This document shows positions 40,601-52,600 of a DNA stretch of 64,000 nt, piece by piece. The position numbers were made by a program, and so were the translations under genes. The stretch is taken from NCBI GenBank assembly GCA_002269645.1, contig NIVC01000272.1, forward strand, positions 186,001-250,000. The letters are read 5' to 3'. Under the pieces are notes generated by a model. It was not told the origin of the DNA. It ran no database searches and saw only the letters and a list, made by a program, of their open reading frames with translations. Position 1 is the stretch's first letter, and each line of letters begins with the position of its first letter. The DNA is from Macrostomum lignano (lineage: Eukaryota).

Positions 40601-43600
40601 CCCCTCCACACCGATGTGACCCCCTCCACACCGATGTGACCCCCTCCATACCGATTTGACCCCTCCACACCGATGTGACCCCCTCCACACTGATGTGACC
40701 CCCTCCACACCGATGTGACCCCCTCCATACCGATTTGACCCCCTCCACACCGATGTGACCCCTCCACACCGATGTGACCCCCTCCACACCGATGTGACCC
40801 CTCCACACCGATGTGCAGATTAATTAATGAACCCTGCTCAACAAGGGAGCACAATTTCTGCGAGTCCTTTTAACCCTGCCGAACTTTCTTGGCTCTCATG
40901 CTTTGATGTTCCTCATGGCAAAGAGATAAGAGAGAGAGAGAGAGAGCATTTCTGGGGCTCTTGAGAACAGCGAAGCCAGGGAGCAAGATCAAGGAGATGC
41001 GGGGCCGCACCGCTACTCATCTCCAAGGCTGTTGTGGCCAGCCGCTTATGAGGGGGGGTCTTTGAGAAGAGAGGGGGGATGCACAAATTTCCTTATTTGC
41101 GCTGAAAGAAGGATTTTTCCCGGGGGCAGGCGGGCAGCGCTTTGAAGCGGACAAAAAGCTCGGCTGGCAGAGCGCGCCTTCGGAGCTCATTAGTTTCATC
41201 GCCGCTCTGAAATAAAAAAACTGGTAATCCATTGAAAAATATCGGCAGCGAGAGTGATTTATTTCCCTGACAAGGCGCAGCGGGGAGCCGAGATGAGGCG
41301 GGGCGGGTCAGAGCGGATCAGCTCACGGCTCAAACCGGGCGAAACGAAATAAAGTGAGGACCGTAGAGACGGGAGAAATTCCTTTTGACACAGATTCTAC
41401 TCCCCTACACTGCTCAATGCTGCACGAGTCTGCTCCTGCCACTGGATCTGCTTCTCAGTGTTACATAACAGCAGAATTTCCCCGCGATTCAGACGAGATC
41501 AGAGCTGGGCGGGGCGGTTCCGGGATCTGGGATTGAAGAGAGCTGACCTGCAATCCTGCTAGCTGTTCTGTGGAACAACTGCAAGCGTATTTTATCAATT
41601 CCATTTTTATTTACTGTCCGAAGCACCACTCCGGCGACTCCTAGGGGAGGGGACTGAGGAGTATTGGGACAGAGATGGGGCGCCAACTGTCTGGCTGCTG
41701 GTTAGTTAAGACAGAATGCTGCCAGAATGCGCACAGGGCAATCCATCATCATCTGCAGCAGCATCAGTGAAGCTGTGTGTTTATTGTAGCGACAAGCGGG
41801 GAGTAGCGCTGCTTTTAAGCCAGGAAGAACAAGAAAACTGCAGACACTTGCAGCTGCTCTTGCGTGCTCATTTCCGCATTTCCGCCAGCCCGAACCCCTC
41901 TTTCAATCGTAGCTCGATTGTGACGAGAATAGGGACTCTCGGCTGGGGGATCGAGTTCGGGATCGGGGGGATGTCAAGGCGGCGATGGGGACGCCTCATT
42001 TGCATGCAAATCAGGCCGGTCCGATCCCCACTTATCCGCAGGCGCTCCCGAGGTCCTTCTCCGCAGCCCCGCAACTTCAGAATTTATCCCACTTTTCATT
42101 CAGCCGGTCGCTTAATACAACTTGGCAGCACTTGATGCGCCCCCCTCCCGCCTTGTCCGTCTGACGGCCCCTGAGACGGCGGCGGCATTAAATGACCTGT
42201 CAAACTGTTAATTCCCGCCGCTAATTCCCCAATCAGCTGAGCTGAAAGTCCGGCAAGGTCTGATCCTCCACCCCCTGTTTCAGAGGCTCGGGTGCTCAAA
42301 TTCGATGGCAACGGCTGGTTGCGAGTTCGATTCGCGGCGCCGTTGAGGACCCAAGCTGAGGACCTGGTCCTTCGGCTGAGGACCAACACTTCGGACGGAA
42401 TTCTGCTGGCTACGGTGGACAGAAAGTCCGCCTCCAATGACTCCATGCGGCTGCTGCTGCGGCGGGGGCTGCTGGCCTGCTCTGTGAACTACGGGACCGG
42501 GACCAAGGTGAGGGCGGATGGGGAACCTCAGGGCGGATGGGGAACCTCAGGGCGGACGGGGAACCTCAGGGCGGATGGGGAACCTCAGGGCGGATGGGGA
42601 ACCTCAGGGCGGATGGGGAACCTCAGGGCGGATGGGGAACCTCAGGGCGGACGGGGAACCTCAGGGCGGATGGGGAACCTCAGGGCGGATGGGGAACCTC
42701 AGGGCGGATGGGGAACCTCAGGGCGGATGGGGAACCTCAGGGCGGATGGGGAACCTCAGGGCGGATGGGGAACCTCAGGGCGGATGGGGAACCTCAGGGC
42801 GGATGGGGAACCAAGGTGAGGGCGGATGGGGAACCAAGGTGAGGGCGGATGGGGAACCAAGGTGAGGGCGGATGGGGAACCAAGGTGAGGGCGGATGGGG
42901 AACCAAGGTGAGGGCGGATGGGGAACCAAGGTGAGGGCGGATGGGGAACCAAGGTGAGGGCGGATGGGGAACCAAGGTGAGGGCGGATGGGGAACCAAGG
43001 TGAGGGCGGATGGGGAACCAAGGTGAGGGCGGATGGGGAACCAATGTGAGAGGTGGATTAAGTTGGAATAAAGCCGATTTGCATCATTAGTGCAATCCCA
43101 CTTCAGCAGGGAACCAATTTCCTGAGCCTAAAGTGCGCAGCTGTACGGCAAACGCAGTGCAAAGCATGCAGGCACTGAAATGCAGCTCCTGATTGAACAA
43201 TGCCAATCCTGATTTACAGGATGCGATTTATATAAGAGTCCGAAGGACTAAGAGTGGCCGGTTTTGTAAATCTGATGGCCCAGTCACTGGCGCACATCAG
43301 AGCAGCCAGACAATTTGTGAAATGAGTTTGAGGACCCGGGGCTCCAAGACAGGTGTGAAATCTGAGAGGACAATGCTGCATTTCAATCTTCCCTCTGTCT
43401 GTGTCCCATATCTCCGCTTATTTTGGTCATTTCATTTGATTTTACAATTCGGAGGCGATAGAGGGAGATAGAGGGAGAGATAGAGAGGGAGATAGAGAGA
43501 GATAGAGAGGGAGATAGAGAGGGAGGGAGATAGAGACAGATGGAGAGAAGTGTACAGAAGAGGGTGAGAGAGGGAGATGAGAGAGGGAGATAGAGAGGGA

Positions 43601-46600
43601 GATAGAGACAGATGGAGAGAAGTGTACAAAAGAGGGTGAGAGAGGGAGATGAGAGAGGGAGATGAGAGAGGGAGATGAGAGAGGGAGATAGAGAGGGAGA
43701 TAGAGACAGATGGAGAGAAGTGTACAGAAGAGGGTGAGAGAGGGAGATGAGAGAGGGAGATGAGAGAGGGAGATGAGAGAGGGAGATAGAGAGGGAGATA
43801 GAGACAGATGGAGAGAAGTGTACAGAAGAGGGTGAGAGAGGGAGATGAGAGAGGGAGATGAGAGAGGGAGATAGAGACAGATGGAGAGAAGTGTACAGAA
43901 GAGGGTGAGAGAGGGAGATGAGAGAGGGAGATGAGAGAGGGAGATAGAGAGGGAGATAGAGACAGATGGAGAGAAGTGTACAGAAGAGGGTGAGAGAGGG
44001 AGATGAGAGAGGGAGATGAGAGAGGGAGATAGAGAGGGAGATAGAGACAGATGGAGAGAAGTGTACAGAAGAGGGTGAGAGAGGGAGATGAGAGAGGGAG
44101 ATGAGAGAGGGAGATAGAGACAGATGGAGAGAAGTGTACAGAAGAGGGTGAGAGAGGGAGATGAGAGAGGGAGATGAGAGAGGGAGATGGAGAGAAGTGT
44201 ACAGAAGAGGATGAGAGAGGGAGATGAGAGAGGGAGATGAGAGAGGGAGATGAGAGAGGGAGATGAGAGAGGGAGATGAGAGAGGGAGATGAGAGAGGGA
44301 GATGAGAGAGGGAGATGAGAGAGGGAGATGAGAGAGGGAGATGAGAGAGGGAGATGAGAGAGGGAGATGGGATAGGGAGATGAGAGAGGCAGATGGAGAG
44401 AAGTGTACAGAAGAGGGTGAGAGAGGGAGATGAGAGAGGGAGATGAGAGAGGGAGATGAGAGAGGGAGATGAGAGAGGGAGATGAGAGAGGGAGATGAGA
44501 GAGGGAGATGAGAGAGGGAGATGAGAGAGGGAGATGAGAGAGGGAGATGAGAGAGGGAGATGAGAGAGGGAGATGAGAGAGGCAGATGGAGAGAAGTGTA
44601 CAGAAGCATACAACGGAAACGACACTGTAACGCAAGTACCAAGCCTGAGACCAGAGCTGCCTTATCCGTTTGGGATGCCAGTCGGACAGGAAGATCCCGC
44701 GGTGGCACTCGGGCGGGGATTTGGGGGGGGGGGTCCAGCAGGAGCTGACAGGCCGCAGTTGCGGACAGCGGGGCTGACAGGGAGGAAATGAGGGTGGCAG
44801 AGACTGTGGCTGGAGTGGCTGGCAAGTGGAGCTGCTGACAGTGTAAAAGTTCGGGCACAGTTGGCCGGAGAGAAAAAGTCCTTCGTCTCGAGCTGGCGAT
44901 CGATCCGAAGCGGTTCCACTTGAAGCGGCTTCATCCCCGGCTCCAGAGTCCCTCCCAGTTACAGAGAGAATCTGGGAAGACGCGATTTGCTAAAAACTGA
45001 GAGAAGAATTCTGTTCGACTGACATCTGCTCGGGGCCGTGATACGCCCTGCCGCTCTGCAACTCCCCCAGCTCAGCTCAATTAGTCTGCAGCTTCCCAAC
45101 TCAGGGGGGTTGGCGGCCCGGGGGATTGCGGGAAGGAGCTGTTAGCCGGGACAGTGATTAGAAGAGCTCATAATTAACTTTTCTCTACTGCAGCCAGCAG
45201 TGCAGCACTTGATCCAGCTCCGCCTATACCCCAGCTGCGCAATTCCCCCATGCAGTCTTCCCACTGGGAATAATTAGGCGCGCAGGCGAAGGTGCCGCGG
45301 CCAGAGGCAGAGGAGGAGGCTCTGGAGGGGTGGTTTGCGATCGCCAGGAGACAAGAGGGAAAAATCAGCGAGGGAGGCAGCAGTTGTCGGGGCGCTGCCC
45401 AGATTCCAAGGCATTGATGAGAACAATAAAACAAATGTTCGTTTTGGCAGCTGGCCCGGCTTCTTCTTGCGTGTTGTTTCTTCTTGCAGTGCACGGGTTC
45501 GAGTCCTGTTGAGCCACCGGCCCCGTCTCCCGGGGGCCGCTGCGGGATCAGATAAGCCCCGCCTGCCCCATTCTTCTTTTTCAGGAATCTGGGAGGAGGT
45601 CAGGGTTGGGCGGGGCGTGGCGCCCCTCGGAACCTCCCGCATCCCCTCGGCCTGGCGCTAATCCCCACTCCCATCTTGCACCGGCTGCCCTCCGATGGGG
45701 GGCGGCTTTTATATTAATCCCCTGCCCCACCTCCCCAGGCCATTCAAAGATCCGCAGTCCCGATATTCGGAGGGCAAAAAAGCGAAAAGTGAGTGAGTGA
45801 TGGCGGATGAGGAGAAATGAAGGGATAAAAAAGTAGCGGCTGCGAAGGGGAGTCGCCGCCCCCCGCTGCGCATTTTAAGATAAGATTGAAAAGTCCCACC
45901 CCCCAGCCGGACTTTCTCCCTGCCATTTTAGCTTGAAAACAGATCCCCGCTGTTCCTTCTTGCCACAGCGGGCGGCGGAGTGGGTGGCGGCTCGAAGCTC
46001 CTTCGACATTCAGCCGGGCCGGCCATCCATCACGAACTGCATGGCTGCCATGAGGGAATTGTCTGGGACTTCGTGCTTGCTGACCAGTGTTAATGAAACA
46101 TTGTCTGCTGCTTTTTCTAATGTTTGTTAGCGATAGCACAGTCTGTCTGCTTTTTGCCCAAGTAATTTTCGTTTTTATTGCAATTTTCTGGGACAGCGAA
46201 GGCTGAAGGCGCCTCCCATTTCCAGACCCCGCTCTAGTGCCATGGGTCTGCTCATGCAACTAACGCCCAACCCCAAAGGCACAATGAAGTGTACATGCCT
46301 AACGATAAATACAGTTAGGGCCGCTGTAAACTCCTGTGTGGGTGTGTGACTGTGCTCAGGGGACTCGGCGGAACGGGCAGTAATGCACACAGTCCCCTGC
46401 CTCTAGCTAACTCCCCAGACCCTCCTCACACCTCAGCCCTGCACCCACCTCCCTCCCCCAGACCCTCCTCCTCACACCTCAGCCCTGCACCCACCTCCCT
46501 CCCCCAGACCCTCCTCACACCTCAGCCCTGCACCCACCTCCCTCCCCCAGACCCTCATCACCCCTCAGCTCTGCACCCAACTCCCTCCCCCAGACCCTCC

Positions 46601-49600
46601 TCGCCCCTCAGCTCTGCACCCAACTCCCTCCCCCAGACCCTCATCACCCCTCAGCTCTGTACCCACCTCCCTCCCCCAGACCCTCATCACCCCTCAGCTC
46701 TGCACCCACCCCCTCCTTAGCCCTATAAAGCTGCTTTCCCTCATTGTCTCCCGTCCCTCCGAACCCGGATTCCGCAGATTCTGGAGGCCGCCAGCCACCG
46801 CCTGGACGATGGCCAGTGGCACACTATCGTGGTGCGCAGGCGGGACACCACGCTGGAGCTGAAGCTCGACGGCAAGCCGAAGTTTGCCACAAGTGAGCAA
46901 AAAGCCTCCCTGCTGTCCAGATCCCATGTTGTCTGAATCCCTTCCGTTTTCAAATCCCAACTGGTCTTGCAAGTTTGATTTTTTATTGCATTTGCCTTTG
47001 TTTTACCTGTTTTTAGTCGCTAAGGCCCAAAACTGACTGGCAATGCCTCATCAGTGACTGGCAGAATTAGCAGGGATAATTTTCCTCTCAGTTTTTCGCC
47101 CTTAACGCCTGTAAACAAAAATAAGGGACAGAAATTAAACAAAAAAGCAAATTGCGCTACTAATAGTAGGCTGCATAGAACTACTTTACGATATGACAGA
47201 CACAGCGAGTTTGTCGTATTTAGAATGCAACAAATCAGTCTTCACATAGAAAAAAATACAATAACAAAAGAAGCCTTTTGTTACAAAGTTTGCTGTGCAA
47301 TTCTTGCATTTTGAATTCTCTTCGGTTCAAGGTTGCACCAAATTGTCTGTCTGTTTAACGCCCATCCAAATGCGGCAAGGACCCCACCGTTTTAACAAAT
47401 TAACTTTTATTATTAAAACGATTATAAAAACCCCACGGATGACCTTCTGATTTTCATCAGTTATTTATTAATAATTAGCTTAATCGATTTACGCTACTCA
47501 CTATAGTAGAAATATAAGCATATTAAGCCATTATTATTTTCTAACGCTCCTACCATTGGTTTTTTTTCAATTTGATATCAAATGATTTTTCTGCATGCGC
47601 CGTGGCGAGCCGCCAGTCGAACTTCAGTGCTAAATGAGTTGCTTTGACAATTGCTTGCACCCAGTGACCGCTGCACGATAGAGGGGCTGAAATTTACTCA
47701 CAGATACAATTTCGCCAAGAAACTCTCACTGCGATGGGGATTTTCCGTTTCTTTACACAAAAATGGCTAATTGCTCATCTTTTGGATTTCCGAAGATTGC
47801 TAGAAGTACATAGGTGTGTACACATTTGTACATACTGGTAGGTGTCCATCGGTGTACATAGGTGTATGTAGGTGTACATGTATGTAGGTGTACATAGGTA
47901 CATAGGTGTACATAGGTACATAGGTGTACATAGGTACATAGGTGTACATAGGTGTACATAGGTGTACATGGGTGTACATAGATGTACATAGGTGTACATA
48001 GATGTACATAGGTGTACATAGGTGTACAGAGGTGTATGTAGGTGTACATAGGTACATAGGTGTACATAGTTGTACATAGGTGTACATAGGTGTACATAGG
48101 TGTATGTAGGTGTACATAGGTACATAGGTGTACATAGGTGTACATAGGTGTGCATAGGTGTACATAGGTGTACATAGGTGTACATAGGTGCACTTAGGTG
48201 TATATAGGTGTACATAGGTGTATGTAGGTGTACATAGGTACATAGGTGTACATAGGTGTACATAGGTGTACATAGGTGTACATAGGTGTACATAGGTGTA
48301 TGTAGGTGTACATAGGTACATAGGTGTACATAGGTGTATATAGGTGTACATAGGTGTATGTAGGTGTACATAGGTACATAGGTGTACATAGGTGTACATA
48401 TGTGTACATAGGTACATAGGTGTACATAGGTGTACATAGGTGTACATAGATGTACATAAGGTCTTCATCCTTGGCTTGCCACGAACCATAGTTGAACAAA
48501 TATTGTTAGGCTTTACATATTGTTAGCTAATAAAATTTACAAGTTCCAATCCTATGCAGATGAGCATTCTAGTAAAAAAATGTCTATGGTAAAACCGCAC
48601 TTGATGCAGTGCATTAAGAAGGGATTATCAACCTGCAGGAAATTATGAAAGTGTACAGAAGTTGAGCAATAGCAAATTGGTGCAGTTTGAAATTCCATAG
48701 AGATGAGGTGTTACTGTCAGACCAGCGGTTGCTGGGTGCATCAGCAGAAGCTGAGTTCTGTCCAGCCGCCAGTTAGTCCCATTCACCGCGACCCGAAAAT
48801 CCTTTCAGGCCTTAAGTCGATGGGGTTGGCAAAGACCCTGGCTGTCAATGCCATCTATGTCGGTACGGCTACTCTGCTCGGCAGTCGAAATCTTATTTTT
48901 AATTTGCATTTATTAATTACTCAGTGTGCATGCGAGACGAGTCTTATTTTTTTTAAATCTAGACGCTATCAATACTGGCTGTCTCTTTATGTCCCTGCCG
49001 TTCTATCCGCCTACTCTATCTATTCTATCTATTATTCTATCTTTTCTCTATCTCGCACAGATGAGTTTCGTGCACAGTGCGCGTCATTCGAAGCTCCCCC
49101 CCACCCCCAGGTTTGAGGTCGCTGTTAGGGGGAGGTTGGGCAACAAATTAGCAAACTCAACTGCAACAATCTTGCTTTTTTAAGTTCCTCTATATTTCCT
49201 TTTATATCTTTGTACGCGGAGAAGTGAGTATATTAGCAACTGAGCTTTGATTAGTAGTTGGTTTCCCCCACAGATACTAAAATGACTAGATGGGCCACTC
49301 AGGCATATACTTAGTAAAACAGCTTTCTACTTTCAGTTCAGTAGCAAGGAAGAATACATAAGCTATTTTATGAAAATAAAGCCAGCTGAAATGACTTTGA
49401 TAAGTTAAGAAGCCAAGCTTGCAGGCGCGTAAACAACTTGCTAATTGGGTCAGCAATAATGTACATTAGCCAGTCCACTGAAATGTACATGGCAGCCTTA
49501 GGCTGGAATTCCGAGAACGGCAATAAAAATTGGGTCGGACGGGGGGTAGTGCGGCAAGGCGCGGTTGGAGGGTTTAAGCTGGGTGTAAGAGGCAATAAAT

Positions 49601-52600
49601 GAGCTTTGGCTTTAAAAATACACTAAAATGCTTCTGTTTAACTTACTACTGAGTTGAAAGTAGCTTGTACCCAAATGTGCTGAGTGGCCTATCTAGTTAT
49701 TCCGGTATCTGTGGTTTACTTGATACTGAGTCCCCCGTTGCCACGCCTAGAGTACTGCTAGAGTGCCATTGTAGGGCAAATAATGCCAGGTTTTGCCATA
49801 GACATCGCCTAGACCCCTATTTTCTAGAGCTCTCTCTGCTGTGCCGAACTCCCGCGACCCTTTGATGACGTCACAGTAAAATGAGTCCAGATAGTCTCAC
49901 TGAGAGCCGCTCTCCTCATGCGTGAGTTACTGCCGTCACCAGCTGAGCTCAGAATCTGACAGCCGTCACCGCCCCCGCACCTCCACCTTCCACGCTGCTG
50001 CCGCCCGCTGCCAGGCGTGCTGAACGAGCGCAAATTCAAACTGCTCGGCACCTCGGAGATCTCGCTGGGCCGCCAGCCCGCCTCTGGCAGCGTCCGCAGA
50101 GTCAAAGGCGGCGTGGGCGACTTTTTTGTCGGCCACGTGTCGCATTTCAGCTTCAACGGCGTCGACTACTTGGATGCCGGCAACCTGGGCGATGGCGGCG
50201 ACTCGGCCACCACCGTGGAGGCGACCGCCCAGCTGGACGAGACGCCCATCGAGGTGCTGCTGCCGTTCACCGTCCGCAGTCCGACGGCGTTTGCTGAGCT
50301 GCCGCCGCTGCGGCTGTACACCAACTTCAGCCTGCAGCTGCACTTCCGCACTGGCCAGGTGGGCCTCCATGGAGTCGCGCTTTTCCACCAGTCAGGACTG
50401 AGCAGGGCTGAGCTGAGCTGCAGCCATAGCAGCTTGCAACCCTGCAGCCCTGCAAATCCTTAGAAATCTCCCTACTAAATGTAACCCTGCAAAACCCTAC
50501 AGCACTAAATAAAACCCTTACAATGCTAAAACCCTACCACTAAAAAACCCTGCAACCCTACAGCTTTTACAACCCTAAAACCCATCACCCTGAAACCCTA
50601 CAACCCTACAACCCTACAACCCTACAACCCTACAACCCTACAGCCCTACAGCCCTACAACCCTACAACCATACAGCTCGAACCCTATGCCCCTCATTTAA
50701 TCCCCATTGAATCTTCTTCTCCTGAAACTAGGCCCACGGCCTAATTATGTACAACTCGGGCGGCAGCCACTCCTCCGACTTCTTCCTGCTGGAACTCGTG
50801 GACGGCGAGCTGCGCCTCGCCCTCGACGCCGGCTCCGGCCGGCTGGAGCGGCGGATCGGCGCTGGCGCCGGCAGCGACACCCGGCTGAACGACGACGCCT
50901 GGCACCAAGTGGAGATCCGCCGTCTGGCCACCGACCGCTTGCTGTTCCGCGTGGACGGCCGGCCGGCCGGGCAGGCCGCCGTGATCCGGTCGCCGACGAC
51001 GTCCGGCAGCGCAGGGCTGAACGTCAACGTGCACCGGAACAGCCTGCGGCTGGGTGGCGCTCCGCCGCTCGATTTCCAGGGGCGTCGGGGTGACGTCATG
51101 TCCAACGCCGGCTTCCAGGTGAGCTTCTGAGCACTTTGCCTGAAAGCCCTGGAATCCGATTCACACAATTCTGCAATCCGATTCACACAATTCTGCAATC
51201 CGATTCATACTACCCTACAATCCGATTCACACAATTCTGCAATCCGATTCACACAATTCTGCAATCCGATTCACACAATTTCTGCAATCCGATTCACACA
51301 ATTCTGCAATCCGATTCATACTACCCTACAATCCGATTCATACTACCCTACAATCCGATTCACACAACCCTGTAATCCTATTCACACAATTCCGCGATTC
51401 GATTCACACTACCCTGTAATCCGATTCTGTTCTCACACAGTTCAGCAAACCGATTCACACAACCTTAATCCGATTCCCACGATTCTGCAATTCGATTCAC
51501 ACTACCCTGCAATCCGATTCACACTACCCTGCAATCCGATTCACACTACCCTGCAATCCGATTCACACTACCCTGCAATCCGATTCACACTACCCTGCAA
51601 TCCGATTCACACTACGCTGCAATCCGATTCACACTACCCTGCAATCCGATTCACACTACCCTGCAATCCGATTCACACTACCCTACAATCCGATTTACAC
51701 TACCCTGCAATCCGATTCACACTACTTTGTAATCCGATTCACACAACCTTGTAATCCTACTCACACAATTCTGCAAACCGATTCACACAATTCTGCAAAC
51801 CGATTCACACAATTCTGCAAACCGATTCACACAATTCTGCAAACCGATTCACACAATTCTGCAAACCGATTCACACAATTCTGCAAACCGATTCACACAA
51901 TTGTTCAATCCGATTCAAAATTCATCAATCCGATTCACACAATTATGCAATCCGATTCACACAATTCTGCAATCCGATTCACACAATTCTTCAATCCGAT
52001 TCACACAATTCTGCAAGCCGATTCACACAATTCTGCAATCCGATTCACAGCACCCTGTAATCTGGTTCACACAACCCTGTAAACCCGTTAACGAAATTCT
52101 GCAAGCCGATTCACACAACCTTGCATTCTGATTCACACAATTCTGCAAACCGATTCACGCAACCCTGCAAACCGACCTAAAACAAACAACGCAGGGTTGC
52201 CTGGGCTCGGTGCGGCTGTACGATGACACAGACCACGGCCCACCGTGCGACGTGCTGGAGCAGCGGATCAACCGCGCGATGTTCGAGCGGGACCTGACGC
52301 CCGGCTGCGAGCGGCCTCAAGTCGAGTGCTGGCCGGGCGTCTGCCACTACGGCGGCCTCTGCCTGCAGCAGTGGGACCGCCTGGTCTGCAGCTGCGAGGC
52401 CACCACCTTCACTGGCGACTGGTGCAACCGGGGTGGGTGATTGAGAAACTGAGATTATAGTAGTTATTACTGAGAAGGGTTCAGGTGAGAAGGGTTCAGA
52501 TGAGAAGGGTTCAGGTGAGAAGGGTTCAGGTGAGAAGGGTTCAGGTGAGAAGGGTTCAGGTGAGAAGGGTTCAGGTGACAAGGGTTCAGGTGACAAGGGT

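Noticed and set aside
49866-49890. CRE site TGACGTCA and a gtaaaatgagt SINE-core-like string
   Set aside because: The matches are too short to distinguish from chance.
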